Shown: positions 1 to 10,145 of the stretch, piece by piece
Layout of the letters: every line of letters begins with the position of its first letter
Numbering within the stretch: the stretch's first letter is position 1
NCBI GenBank assembly: GCA_045537965.1
Contig: JAZSQL010000014.1
Coordinates: 4,256-68,255, forward strand
Length of the DNA stretch: 64,000 nucleotides
Origin: Alphaproteobacteria bacterium
GTDB lineage: Bacteria; Pseudomonadota; Alphaproteobacteria; RF32; CAG-239
Direction: 5' to 3'
Notes under the pieces: model-generated
What the model was told of the DNA's origin: nothing
The model's database searches: none
Seen by the model: only the letters and a program-made list of their open reading frames with translations
Program-made: the position numbers and the translations under genes

Positions 1-1
1 T

Positions 2-1186
2 AATCGAATAGATGCAGTTTTGGTTTTTTATCCAATGAATTTGGATGTAATTGGTAAATATGCAATTGATCAATATTTGATGCGAGGTGGAAATGTTATT
101 GTGATGTTGGATTCTTTTGCAGAAGAAAGATTTAAAGAAAAAGAAGATTTTTTTGGGTACAATAGTGGATTGAAGGATTTTTTAGCAAATGTTGGTGTTG
201 ATTATTTAGAAAATATTGTTGTTGGTGATAATGAAAATGGTCGTAGTATTGTATTAGATGGCAATTTGGTGCAATATCCGTTTAAGATACTTGTTAAAGG
301 TGATAATATAAAAAAACATAATGTTATGGCGGGAGTTAATCAGTTATTTGTGAATCATAGTGGCTTTTTTGATTTTAAAAAAGTAGATAATATTGAAACA
401 AATGTTTTGTTTGCAACAAGTGAACAGAGTGGAGTTATATTAGCAAAAAATATTGCAGATATCAGTTATGATAATTTGATAAAAAATTATGAGACGACAG
501 AATATGTGTATCCTTTGGCTTTGATGTTAGAAGGAAAATTTAAATCTCTTTATACAGAACCTCTTTATGAAACAGATACTGCTTTGCAACAAATGCCTCC
601 ATTTTTAAGTATTCCATTGAAAAAAGCAAAATTGGCACTGATTGCTGATGTTGATATGATGTCAGAAATTTTTTGGAATGCAAATGCTGATGGAAAAACT
701 GAAGGATATAGTATTGTTTATAGTTCTGATAATTTTAAATTTTTACGCAATTTAGTTGATTATATGACAGAAAGTGGTTTTATTGGTATTGCGAATAAAA
801 GATTGGTTAATGGATATAATAGTTTATCTAAAGTATTTTTTAATATAGCTACAGCTCTTTATGCTAAACAAAAAAGAAATATTGAAGAAAAACTAGTTGA
901 AATTAGGCATAATATTTTATTGCGACAAGAGCAATATGGCGTAAATGTAGTATCAGTAAAACAAGTTAAAGATATAGAACGTCTGCGTAGAGAAGAACTT
1001 GATGTTATGCAACAACTAAGAAAAATAACTTATCAAACTAAGGAAGCGTATGATAGTTATTTGGTGTTTTTTGCAGTTTTGATGATAGGTGTTTTTCCCT
1101 TGTTGCTTACGGTTTTAATATGGGGAATATATTATATTTACAGTCGTTGGGTTAAGCGTCTAGCGGAGGATGTGATAAATGAATAG
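2..1186 (+). CDS. GldG-like auxiliary component of an ABC-type transport system (5' end lies outside the window)
   Basis: The frame is open from nt 2, so the track start at 20 is only an internal TTG. A large soluble region is followed by one C-terminal TM helix (VFFAVLMIGVFPLLLTVLIWGIYYIY). It overlaps by 8 nt a DUF4340-like gene, the usual partner of GldG-type proteins. The family call rests on architecture, not an alignment. Confidence 0.45.
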   Translation, partial: NRIDAVLVFYPMNLDVIGKYAIDQYLMRGGNVIVMLDSFAEERFKEKEDFFGYNSGLKDFLANVGVDYLENIVVGDNENGRSIVLDGNLVQYPFKILVKGDNIKKHNVMAGVNQLFVNHSGFFDFKKVDNIETNVLFATSEQSGVILAKNIADISYDNLIKNYETTEYVYPLALMLEGKFKSLYTEPLYETDTALQQMPPFLSIPLKKAKLALIADVDMMSEIFWNANADGKTEGYSIVYSSDNFKFLRNLVDYMTESGFIGIANKRLVNGYNSLSKVFFNIATALYAKQKRNIEEKLVEIRHNILLRQEQYGVNVVSVKQVKDIERLRREELDVMQQLRKITYQTKEAYDSYLVFFAVLMIGVFPLLLTVLIWGIYYIYSRWVKRLAEDVINE

Positions 1187-2147
1187 GTATTATCTGAAAG
1201 TAGTATTAATTGGTTCGTTTTTACTTTTGAGTATAGCTTTGCTTTTGGTATATGGAATGTTATGGTATAATGGTAGCAAATTGCAAGGAAAATTAGTTTT
1301 TGCTAATAGTTATAATAATGGAGAAAAGGTTGATAAAATAAATATTATTACGGCAGAAGATAAAGTTAAATTGGAATTAGAAGATAATTATTGGTTAGTC
1401 AAGGGTAAGGGGAAATATTATGCTGATTTTAGTATGGTACATAATTTCCTTACGTCAATTAATAATAGTTCGTATTTGATGAAAGTGCCTTTTAATAAAG
1501 AATTGCTTGATAATAAATATTTAAATAACCCTAATGAACAAAAAGAGAATTCGGGTATGTTAGTTCAGATATTTGCTGATAATGTTTTATTAGATGAAAT
1601 TATAATAGGACTTCCAGATGAAGATAAAAAATATTATTTTGCTAGAAATATTGATGATGGCAGTATTTGGATGATAGATGGTAATTTTAAATTACCAATT
1701 ATGGAAAAAGATTGGTTGTTGCATCCAGTATTTTCTGTTTCTCAAAAAAGTTTAGAAAGTGTAGAAATTAAAAATGTAGTGGTACAAAGAGAAGATGAAT
1801 ATAAAGATTTCCTTGATGAAAAAGGATATAAAGTAAATGTAAATCCTATTATTGATATTTTAAGTTTTGTAGAAATACAAGATGCGGTAAAAGCAGATAA
1901 AGCGGATTTTGAAAATTTTGATATTAAAGAAATATATGCAACTACTTTTTATGGACTTAAAGTTAATTTGACTTTGTATTATAATGACAAAAATGATATA
2001 TGGTTTAGTATAAAATTATTGACCACACCTCTACCAATGAAGATTGTTAATGATTATATCAAAGATAACAGTTTCTTGTACGATGATTGGTATTTTAAAG
2101 CTTCATCGGAACAGGGACATGTTTTGCGTGATTTTCGTTTGATGTAA
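1179..2147 (+). CDS. DUF4340-like N-terminally anchored protein
   Basis: N-terminal TM helix (VVLIGSFLLLSIALLLVYGMLWY) followed by a ~290-aa soluble domain. Overlaps the upstream GldG-like gene (ATG inside its last codons). Confidence 0.4.
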   Translation: MNRYYLKVVLIGSFLLLSIALLLVYGMLWYNGSKLQGKLVFANSYNNGEKVDKINIITAEDKVKLELEDNYWLVKGKGKYYADFSMVHNFLTSINNSSYLMKVPFNKELLDNKYLNNPNEQKENSGMLVQIFADNVLLDEIIIGLPDEDKKYYFARNIDDGSIWMIDGNFKLPIMEKDWLLHPVFSVSQKSLESVEIKNVVVQREDEYKDFLDEKGYKVNVNPIIDILSFVEIQDAVKADKADFENFDIKEIYATTFYGLKVNLTLYYNDKNDIWFSIKLLTTPLPMKIVNDYIKDNSFLYDDWYFKASSEQGHVLRDFRLM

Positions 2148-2162
2148 TTTATTAAGAGGTTT

Positions 2163-3554
2163 ATGGTAAATATAGGTGCAATAAGTCCAGAATTTGTTGC
2201 TAATATTTCTAGTAATATTTTTATTCAGGTAACGAAGTCTGGTAAGATTTTGTTTTTTAATACCAAAGCAAATTGTGTTTTGGGAAAAGTTGTTGTTGGT
2301 TGTAATTTAGAAGAAATAATCCCTAAAAGTAGTAGTTGTATTTTGTTGCAAAATATTAAAATATCTTTTTATCATCAATATCCTCATCATTTTTATTGGG
2401 GTTTTAAAAATAGGTTTTATTTGGTATATGTTTATCCCCAAGATAGCAGTGTTTGGTTATGTTTTGATGATATAACAGAAAAAAGACAATTAGCTCATCT
2501 TTTGCATATGAATAATCAAAGAACTCTGTTTGCCGAGAGGTTGGCAAAGTTGGGGTATTGGGAACTTGATATTGAAACAAAGAGATTTTATTGGTCTGAT
2601 GAAGTATATAATATATTTGGTATTACAGAAAAAGATAAAACTTATAAAAAAAATCTGATTAGAGAATTTGTTCATCCTAATGATTTGGCACTGTATAAAC
2701 AAAAGTTGAAAGAACTTGTAAGTATAGGTAATGAAGTTGATGGTATTATTAGAATATTGACGGCTGATAATATTACAAAATATTGTAAATTTGTTGCAGG
2801 GTTTATTTATGAAAATGGAGAACCTAAAATAGCTGGAATATTTCAGGATATTAGTATGTTAATAGGAGAGCAAAAACAGCTTAAACAAGCCAAAACAAAG
2901 GCTGATAAATTGAATGCTGAAAAATCTTATTTTTTGGCTCAGGCTAGTCATGATATTAGACAGCCGCTACAGGCAATCAATTTATTTGCAGAGGGTTTGA
3001 AATCAGCTCCTTTAGAAAAATATCCCGAAATAGCGGATAACATTTTGATAGTTAGTCGTAATTTGAATGTATTGTTAAATAATGTGTTAGATATATCTAA
3101 ACTTGATGCTGGTGGAATTTGTTTTAATCCAACAGAATTTGATCTAGGAAAATTGCTTGCTAAATTTTGTGATGAATATGGGATTATTATGCAAGAAACA
3201 GAAATTTCTTTGGCTTGTAATATAAAGAATGTAATTGTTAGACAAGATGTAGTTTTGTTGGAAAGAATTATAAGAAATCTTTTAAGTAATGCCATTAAAT
3301 ATGCGAAAAGTAAAATAAAAATAGGAAATAGTAAAAATTGTTTTTGGATTATAGATGATGGTTGCGGTATAGATAAAAACAATAAGAAACATATATTTGA
3401 ACCGTTTTATCAATGTAACACATTAAGAGATAGAGCAATTGGCGGAACAGGTTTGGGACTTAATATCGTTAAAAAAATTGCAACAGCGATAGGTGCTGAT
3501 ATAAAAGTAAAATCAAAATTAAATTCATACACAATATTTAAGGTGTGTCTATAA
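2163..3554 (+). CDS. Soluble PAS-domain sensor histidine kinase (orphan, no adjacent response regulator)
   Basis: H-box SHDIRQPLQAINLF, N-box LLSNAIKYA, G-boxes IIDDGCGI and GGTGLGLNIVKKIA. PAS-like segment LGYWELDIETKRFYWSDEVYNIFGI. No TM helix. Confidence 0.85.
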   Translation: MVNIGAISPEFVANISSNIFIQVTKSGKILFFNTKANCVLGKVVVGCNLEEIIPKSSSCILLQNIKISFYHQYPHHFYWGFKNRFYLVYVYPQDSSVWLCFDDITEKRQLAHLLHMNNQRTLFAERLAKLGYWELDIETKRFYWSDEVYNIFGITEKDKTYKKNLIREFVHPNDLALYKQKLKELVSIGNEVDGIIRILTADNITKYCKFVAGFIYENGEPKIAGIFQDISMLIGEQKQLKQAKTKADKLNAEKSYFLAQASHDIRQPLQAINLFAEGLKSAPLEKYPEIADNILIVSRNLNVLLNNVLDISKLDAGGICFNPTEFDLGKLLAKFCDEYGIIMQETEISLACNIKNVIVRQDVVLLERIIRNLLSNAIKYAKSKIKIGNSKNCFWIIDDGCGIDKNNKKHIFEPFYQCNTLRDRAIGGTGLGLNIVKKIATAIGADIKVKSKLNSYTIFKVCL

Positions 3555-3642
3555 GTTCTAGTATATCTTATTTAAAGCATTTGCAATTGTTTTATTTTTG
3601 ACATAAAATACGGTCTGATTTTAATAATTTGACGGTGTATTT

Positions 3643-5406
3643 ATGTTTAAGAAACTAAAAGCTAAACTAAAAAATAATAATATGATTCACAATTATTCTA
3701 AGATGTGGAAATATGTTAAGCCATATTGGGGAAGAGCTTTGTTAGCTATGCTCATAACAATTCCAATTGGTGCGATGGACGCAGTAATTGCGTGGGCACT
3801 AAAACCCTATATGGATGTGGTTATGATTGAAAAGGGTGCTAGCTATACTGCTTATATACCGTTGATGATTGTTTTATTTACACTTATTCAAAGTGCTTTT
3901 AATTATTCTGCGACGTATCTTAATACTTGGGTTGGGCAAAAAGTTTCAATAGGTTTAAAGACTGATTTGTATCATAAATTATTACGTTATGATGCAGGTT
4001 TTTTTGATAAACGTAATTCAGGGGAAATTGTTTATCGTTTTAATGGTGATGTTGATACTAGTTGTAATGGTTTATTGACAAACCTTAAGCTTTTTACAAC
4101 AAGGTTGTTTTCATCTTTATCGTTAATAGCTGTGCTTTTTTATAATTCATGGCAGTTGGCTGTTGTGGCTGTAGTTGTTTTGTTTGGAGCATTATATCCA
4201 TTGACAACAGTTAAGCGCAAAATAAAACCTTTAGTATCAAAGTCAGTTTTTTCGGGATCGTCTGTCGTTACTCATTTTAATGAAACGTTTAGTGGTAATA
4301 GGATTATAGCGTCTTATAATTTGTATGATTATCAGTTGGGAAAGTTTAGAACTACGTTGCATGAGTGTTTTCGTCTTGGAATTAAGATGATACAAAGAAC
4401 GGGTATTATGTCACCGATGATGCATTTTATAGTTTCGATTGGTATTGCTGTTGTTATTTGGTTGGGAAGTTATCTTATTGTAACTCATACTATTACTCCT
4501 GGAAACTTTGTTTCGTTTATTGCTGCGTTAATTATGTTGTACACGCCAATAAAGGCTATAGGCAACAATTATAATGCGGTACAAATGGCTTTGTTAGCAA
4601 TGGATCGTGTTTTTGAGCTTTTGGATGGTAAGTCTGAAATTGCTAGTAAACGTGGGGCTCAAAAGATGAATGGGTTAAAAAAAGGAATTGAGTATAAAAA
4701 CGTTTGTTTTGAGTATGAAAAAGATAAGCCTGTATTAAAAAATATTGATTTGAAAATAAAGAAAGGTGAAACAATAGCCTTTGTTGGTAACTCTGGTGGT
4801 GGAAAATCAACAATGGTTAATTTGTTGCCTCGTTTTTATGATGTTAAAGGTGGAGAGCTTTTGTTTGATGGTGTAAATATTAAAGATTTGGATTTAGATT
4901 CATTGCGTAATAATATTGCAATTGTTTTTCAAGATAATTTTTTGTTTGCAGGGACGATTAGAGACAATATTATGCTTGGTAAATTAGATGCGACTGAACA
5001 AGAAGTTAATTTGGCTGTAAAGAATGCTTGTTTAGAAGAATTTGTGGCTGGATTAGAAAAAGGATTAGATACACCTATTGGTGAAAGAGGAGCATTGTTA
5101 TCTGGTGGTCAAAAGCAAAGAATTGCTATAGCTAGAGCTTTTTTGAAAAATGCACCTATTGTTATTTTGGATGAAGCGACATCTGCCTTAGATAATAAAT
5201 CAGAAGCAGTAGTTCAACAAGCAGTTGAAAATTTGATGAAGGATAGAACAGTATTTATTATTGCACATAGGTTATCTACGGTTAGAAATGCTGATAAGAT
5301 AGTTGTTATCAATTATGGTGAATTAGCTGAAATGGGGACGCATGAAGAGTTGTTAAATAAGAAAGATTCTATATATGCTTCCTTGTATCAGTCGCAGTTA
5401 AAATAA
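3643..5406 (+). CDS. ABC exporter, fused permease-ATPase (MsbA/lipid flippase-like)
   Basis: Hydrophobic N-terminal half. Walker A GNSGGGKST, ABC signature LSGGQKQRIAIARA, Walker B VILDEATSALD, H-loop IIAHRLST. Confidence 0.85.
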   Translation: MFKKLKAKLKNNNMIHNYSKMWKYVKPYWGRALLAMLITIPIGAMDAVIAWALKPYMDVVMIEKGASYTAYIPLMIVLFTLIQSAFNYSATYLNTWVGQKVSIGLKTDLYHKLLRYDAGFFDKRNSGEIVYRFNGDVDTSCNGLLTNLKLFTTRLFSSLSLIAVLFYNSWQLAVVAVVVLFGALYPLTTVKRKIKPLVSKSVFSGSSVVTHFNETFSGNRIIASYNLYDYQLGKFRTTLHECFRLGIKMIQRTGIMSPMMHFIVSIGIAVVIWLGSYLIVTHTITPGNFVSFIAALIMLYTPIKAIGNNYNAVQMALLAMDRVFELLDGKSEIASKRGAQKMNGLKKGIEYKNVCFEYEKDKPVLKNIDLKIKKGETIAFVGNSGGGKSTMVNLLPRFYDVKGGELLFDGVNIKDLDLDSLRNNIAIVFQDNFLFAGTIRDNIMLGKLDATEQEVNLAVKNACLEEFVAGLEKGLDTPIGERGALLSGGQKQRIAIARAFLKNAPIVILDEATSALDNKSEAVVQQAVENLMKDRTVFIIAHRLSTVRNADKIVVINYGELAEMGTHEELLNKKDSIYASLYQSQLK

Positions 5407-5421
5407 GATAGAAAGCTAAAA

Positions 5422-5450
5422 GGTTTATCTAAAAAAGGTAAACCTTTTTT
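5422..5450 (+). terminator. Rho-independent terminator after the ABC exporter
   Basis: GGTTTATCT / AGGTAAACC 9-bp stem (one G-U pair), 5-nt A loop, then TTTTTT (5445-5450). Confidence 0.75.
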
Positions 5451-5506
5451 AATAAATGAGATATACAATATAAAATTGTGGTGTTTTTTTATAAGAGGGA
5501 TAGTAA

Positions 5507-8101
5507 ATGGCAAATAAAGAGGTAAAAACAGTTAAAGATTTAGAAGTCCTGATAAAGAAAGTGAAAGAAGCTCAGAAGATTTTTGCAACTTTTGATCAGG
5601 AGAAAATTAATAAGATTTTTAAGGCCGCAGCAACTGCTGCAGATAAGGCTCGTATTCCTTTGGCAAAAATGGCTGCAGCGGATACAGGTATGGGTATTGT
5701 TGAAGATAAGATAATTAAAAATCATTTTGCTGCAGAGTATATCTATAATAAATATAAGAATGAGAAAACCTGTGGTATTATAAAAACAGATAAGACCAAT
5801 GGAATTAAAATAGTGGCTGAGCCTTTAGGGGTTGTAGCTGGGGTTATACCAACAACTAATCCAACATCAACAGCTATATTTAAATCGTTAATTTGTTTAA
5901 AAACTAGAAATGCTATTATCTTTTCGCCTCATCCAAGAGCTAAAAAATCAACAATTGAAGCTGCTAAAGTAATTTATGAAGCGGCTGTTAAAGCGGGAGC
6001 TCCAGAAAATATTATTGGTTGGATTGATGAGCCATCGTTAGAGTTGACAGATTTGTTGATGAAACATCCTGATGTACATGGAATTTTAGCAACAGGCGGT
6101 CCAGGTATGGTTAAGGCAGCATATTCTTCTGGTAAGCCTGCGTTAGGTGTTGGAGCAGGTAATACCCCTGCTGTTATTGATGAAACTGCAGATATTGAAA
6201 TGGCTGTTTCATATATATTAATGTCAAAAACTTTTGATAATGGTATGATTTGTGCGTCTGAACAATCAGTTATTGCAGTTAAGTCTGTTTATGAAAAAGT
6301 AAAACAAGAATTTGTACGCAGAGGTGCATATTTGTTGACAGCTAAAGAAGCTGATAAATTGGCAAAAATTATTCTTACGCCAAAAGGTGTTAATGCAGAA
6401 ATAGTTGGACAGCCTGCAACAAAAATAGCTAAGATGGCTGGGATTGTAGTTCCTGAAACAGCTAAAATTTTATTAGCAGAACAAACTTCAACAGATATTA
6501 CAAATCCCTTTGCTCATGAAAAATTATCTCCTATTTTGACGTTATATAAGGCTGATGATTTTGAGGGTGCTGTTGATAAGGCTTTGGTCTTAGTGGAACT
6601 TGGAGGAATGGGGCATACTTCGGTTTTGTATACTGATACTAGAAAGCAAGATAGAGTAGATTATTTTGCTAAGAAGCTTCCTACAGGACGTTTGTTAATT
6701 AATTCTCCTTCATCGCAAGGTGGTATTGGTGATTTGTTTAACTTTAAATTAGAACCGTCTTTGACTTTAGGATGTGGTTCTTGGGGTGGTAATTCGGTTA
6801 GTGAAAATGTTGGAGTTAAACACTTATTGAATTATAAGACAGTTGCTGAGAGGAGAGAAAATATGTTATGGTTTAGAGTACCACCAAAAATTTATTTTAA
6901 ACGTGGGGCGACAGATATTGCTTTGCGTGAGTTAGAAGGTAAGAAGAGAGCCTTTATTGTGACAGATCGTTATTTGTTTGATTCTGGTATGGTCAATGCT
7001 ATAACTAACGTCTTAGAAGATATGGATATTGAATATCAAATCTTTTTTGATGTTAAGCCAGATCCAACTGTTGCAACAATTAATGAAGCCTTGATGATGG
7101 TTAATGTGTTTAAACCTGATGTGTTTATTTCTTTTGGTGGTGGTTCGCCAATGGATGCGGCCAAGATTATGTGGCTTAAATATGAAAAGCCTGAGATTGA
7201 ATTTGAAGATGTAGCTATGCGTTTTATGGATATTAGAAAACGTATTTGTACAATTGGCGAGTTGGGTAAAAAAGCTTTGATGGTTGCTATTCCTACAACA
7301 TCAGGTACTGGTTCAGAAGTTACGCCATTTGCAGTTATTACCGATGATGAAAGTCATGTGAAATATGCTATTGCTGATTATGCTTTGACACCTAATATGG
7401 CTATTATTGATGCAAACTTCGTTGATAATATGCCAAAAGGTTTGACATCAGCTGGTGGTATCGATGCTTTGGTGCATGCTATCGAGGCTTATGTTTCAGT
7501 AATGGCTACAAACTTTACAAACTCAACAGCTTTAGAAGCTATTAAGCAAGTGTTTAGATATTTGCCAAGAGCTTATAAAGATGGAGCTAACGATCCTAAA
7601 GCTAGAGAAAAAATGCATCATGCAGCAACAATTGCCGGTATGGCGTTTGCAAACTCGTTTTTGGGTTTGTGTCATTCTATGGCTCATAAACTTGGAGCAG
7701 CATTTAATATTCCACATGGAATTGCTAATGCTTTGTTAATTAGCCAAATAATTAAATATAATGCAACTGATTGTCCACGCAAGCAAGCTATATTTCCTCA
7801 ATATAAAATGCCTGAAGCTAAAAGACGTTATGCGCAAATTGCCAGTAACTTAAAGCTTAAAGGTAAAACTGATGATGAAAAAGTTGTTTCTTTGATAGAG
7901 GCAATTGAGGAATTGAAAAAAGAAGTTGAAATTCCTTCGTCAATCAAAGATTTGGGAATTAGTAAAAAAGATTTTGAGGCTAAGTTAGATTGGTTAGTTG
8001 AAAATGCTTTTGATGATCAGTGTACAGGTGCTAACCCTGTGTATCCGTTAATGGAAGATATTAGAAAAATTTATCTTGATGCTTACAATGGAAAGATATA
8101 A
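5507..8101 (+). CDS. adhE: Bifunctional acetaldehyde-CoA / alcohol dehydrogenase
   Basis: 864 aa. N-terminal aldehyde dehydrogenase half (ATGGPGMVKAAYSSGKPALGVGAGN, catalytic-region MICASEQS) fused to an iron-type ADH half (GGGSPMDAAK, HxxxH region HSMAHKLGAAFNIPHG). RBS AGAGGGA upstream. Confidence 0.95.
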   Translation: MANKEVKTVKDLEVLIKKVKEAQKIFATFDQEKINKIFKAAATAADKARIPLAKMAAADTGMGIVEDKIIKNHFAAEYIYNKYKNEKTCGIIKTDKTNGIKIVAEPLGVVAGVIPTTNPTSTAIFKSLICLKTRNAIIFSPHPRAKKSTIEAAKVIYEAAVKAGAPENIIGWIDEPSLELTDLLMKHPDVHGILATGGPGMVKAAYSSGKPALGVGAGNTPAVIDETADIEMAVSYILMSKTFDNGMICASEQSVIAVKSVYEKVKQEFVRRGAYLLTAKEADKLAKIILTPKGVNAEIVGQPATKIAKMAGIVVPETAKILLAEQTSTDITNPFAHEKLSPILTLYKADDFEGAVDKALVLVELGGMGHTSVLYTDTRKQDRVDYFAKKLPTGRLLINSPSSQGGIGDLFNFKLEPSLTLGCGSWGGNSVSENVGVKHLLNYKTVAERRENMLWFRVPPKIYFKRGATDIALRELEGKKRAFIVTDRYLFDSGMVNAITNVLEDMDIEYQIFFDVKPDPTVATINEALMMVNVFKPDVFISFGGGSPMDAAKIMWLKYEKPEIEFEDVAMRFMDIRKRICTIGELGKKALMVAIPTTSGTGSEVTPFAVITDDESHVKYAIADYALTPNMAIIDANFVDNMPKGLTSAGGIDALVHAIEAYVSVMATNFTNSTALEAIKQVFRYLPRAYKDGANDPKAREKMHHAATIAGMAFANSFLGLCHSMAHKLGAAFNIPHGIANALLISQIIKYNATDCPRKQAIFPQYKMPEAKRRYAQIASNLKLKGKTDDEKVVSLIEAIEELKKEVEIPSSIKDLGISKKDFEAKLDWLVENAFDDQCTGANPVYPLMEDIRKIYLDAYNGKI

Positions 8102-8138
8102 GCTAATGTAAAATTAATCCATTGTATTGGAGGGGAAA

Positions 8139-8381
8139 ATGTCAAAAAAGATACAAGTTTGTATGGGAAGTTCTTGTTTTGCAAGAGGCAATAATAAGAA
8201 TTTGCAAGTTATTACAAAGTATCTTAAAGACAATAATTTAGACGCAGAGATTGAACTGTGTGGATTGAGATGTTGTAATCTCTGCTCTAAAGGTCCTAAT
8301 TTGACCATTGATGGTAAAGAATATGATAATGTTGATACAGGAACACTTATTGATATTTTGGATAAGACTTTTAAGGAGTAA
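8139..8381 (+). CDS. Thioredoxin-like [2Fe-2S] ferredoxin (HfsA / NuoE-fold-like small subunit)
   Basis: Cys pattern CMGSSC ... CCNLC (Cx4C ... Cx3C). ATG at 8139 is preceded by GGAGGGG, so the track TTG at 8127 is probably not the start. Ends 3 nt before the HydS-like gene. Confidence 0.7.
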   Translation: MSKKIQVCMGSSCFARGNNKNLQVITKYLKDNNLDAEIELCGLRCCNLCSKGPNLTIDGKEYDNVDTGTLIDILDKTFKE

Positions 8382-8384
8382 TTA

Positions 8385-10145
8385 ATGTCTAGCCGAGAGC
8401 ATCCTCTTTTTACGATTAAAAACAACTGTCAGGATTGTTATAAATGTGTAAGGCAATGTCCTGTAAAAGCAATTAAAATTGAAGAAAATTCAGCACAAAT
8501 AGTGCCAGAGCTTTGTGTTGCTTGTGGTAAATGTTATAAAATATGTCCAGTAAGAGCAAAACAAGATAGAGATGATGTTACTCGGGCAAAAAATATGTTG
8601 GCAATGGGTGAAAAAGTTTATGTTTCATTGGCACCGTCGTGGATTGCTGAATTTGATAATGTTACAAAAGAACAATTATTGACAGCAATTGAGAAGTTAG
8701 GTTTTGCGGGAGTTAGTGAAACAGCTCTTGGAGCTGAAGAAGTTTCTGCTCATGTGGCGGAATTTTTGAGCGATAAAAAAACAGGAGTTTTTTTATCAAC
8801 AGCATGTCCTGCATTTGTTGAGTATATTAGGAAATATAGACCAGAATTAACCAAGAATTTAACTCCTGTTATGTCTCCAGTTTTAGCGCATAGCAAAATT
8901 ATGCGCGCTAAATTAGGCGAAGATATTAAAATAGTATTTGTTGGTCCATGTATTGCTAAAAAATTTGAAGCTGACAGAAATGCTGATTTGCTAAATTTAA
9001 GTATTTCCTTTAGGGATTTGCGTAGGTGGTTAAGAGAATCTGGTATTAATTATCATAATATTGAACCTAAAAATAAGATTGATTTTGTTTGCAAACGAGC
9101 TGAAGAGGGGCGGTATTATCCTATTGAAGGTGGTATGATTGAAACGATAACGCATTATAATAAAACAAAAGATGTTTATATGATGCAACTTACAGGTTTG
9201 GAAAATATTCAAAGAGAATTATCCGATATTGATGGTACCAACCCAGAAAAAGCTGTATTTATAGAATGTTTGGCTTGTGAGGGGGGGTGTGTTAATGGTC
9301 CTTGTACTCGTTCGCATAAATCTGGCTTTGAAAAAAGAGCTAGAGTTATAAAAGATGTTAAGCTTGGTGAAAATACAGGTAATCGAGAATATAGTTATGA
9401 TATTGATTGTAGCTATGATAATGCTCCAGTTGAACAGAAAAAATATGATGAAGATCAAATAAAAAGAGTGTTAGCATTATTGGGTAAGCACACTATTGAA
9501 GATGAAATAAATTGTAATGCTTGCGGATATGACAATTGTCGCAATTTTGCTAGAGCTATTTTGGAAGGAAAAGCTGAAATTGATATGTGTGTTTCACATA
9601 TTAAACACCAAGCTCAACGAAAAGCCAATGCTTTGTTAAAGTGTATTCCTTCACCAATTGTTATTGTTAATTCTAATTTATCAATTATTGAATATAATGA
9701 ACAATTTTTACAAGCTTTTTGGAATGATGAAGAACACGGCGATATTTATGACAGTAATAATTTAATAGGAGCTAATTTGCGTGATTTTGTTAGCTTTACT
9801 AACCTATTTTCAGCATCGCTAGAGTTAGGTGAAGATGTTAAACGTGAAAATGTGCATCATGATGAAAGGGTTTTTGATGTTATGGTGTTTAATATTGAGC
9901 AAAAACAAGTTGTTGGCGGTGTAATTACTGATGTTACTAAGGTGGAAATTAAGCGTGAAAAAATTGCTGAAAAAGCTAAGGAAGTTATTGAGAAAAACTT
10001 AGCAACAGTTCAGCAAATAGCGTGTACTTTGGGTGAGCATATGGCAGAAACCGAAGTTTTGTTGCGTTCAATTGCTAAAGATTATTCAGTAGGTGAAAGT
10101 GATAGACCAAATATTACTATTCGTAATAAAAGGGATAGTAAATAA
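8385..10145 (+). CDS. Sensory-type [FeFe]-hydrogenase-like protein with C-terminal PAS domain (HydS / HfsB-like, group C)
   Basis: Two ferredoxin motifs (CQDCYKCVRQCP, CVACGKCYKICP). H-domain motifs are LSTACPAF (Ala where catalytic enzymes have the first Cys of TSCCP), VGPCIAKKFE and ECLACEGGCVNGP. Extra Cys motif CNACGYDNCRNFARAILEGKAEIDMC (Cx2Cx4Cx16C). The C-terminal ~170 aa is PAS-like (IPSPIVIVNSNLSIIEYNEQF...). Confidence 0.8.
   Translation: MSSREHPLFTIKNNCQDCYKCVRQCPVKAIKIEENSAQIVPELCVACGKCYKICPVRAKQDRDDVTRAKNMLAMGEKVYVSLAPSWIAEFDNVTKEQLLTAIEKLGFAGVSETALGAEEVSAHVAEFLSDKKTGVFLSTACPAFVEYIRKYRPELTKNLTPVMSPVLAHSKIMRAKLGEDIKIVFVGPCIAKKFEADRNADLLNLSISFRDLRRWLRESGINYHNIEPKNKIDFVCKRAEEGRYYPIEGGMIETITHYNKTKDVYMMQLTGLENIQRELSDIDGTNPEKAVFIECLACEGGCVNGPCTRSHKSGFEKRARVIKDVKLGENTGNREYSYDIDCSYDNAPVEQKKYDEDQIKRVLALLGKHTIEDEINCNACGYDNCRNFARAILEGKAEIDMCVSHIKHQAQRKANALLKCIPSPIVIVNSNLSIIEYNEQFLQAFWNDEEHGDIYDSNNLIGANLRDFVSFTNLFSASLELGEDVKRENVHHDERVFDVMVFNIEQKQVVGGVITDVTKVEIKREKIAEKAKEVIEKNLATVQQIACTLGEHMAETEVLLRSIAKDYSVGESDRPNITIRNKRDSK

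Noticed and set aside
5462-5506. Rex-operator-like sequence (TTGTGGTG...TATAAG) in front of adhE. Rex commonly controls adhE and hydrogenases.
   Set aside because: Only one half-site approximates TTGTGA. The second half does not match TCACAA, which is too weak to call without a PWM scan.
8114-8425. 103-aa minus-strand ORF overlapping the first Trx-like ferredoxin gene.
   Set aside because: The plus-strand frame has a GGAGGGG RBS, a canonical Cx4C...Cx3C pattern and a paralogue at 11342-11617. The antisense product has no features.
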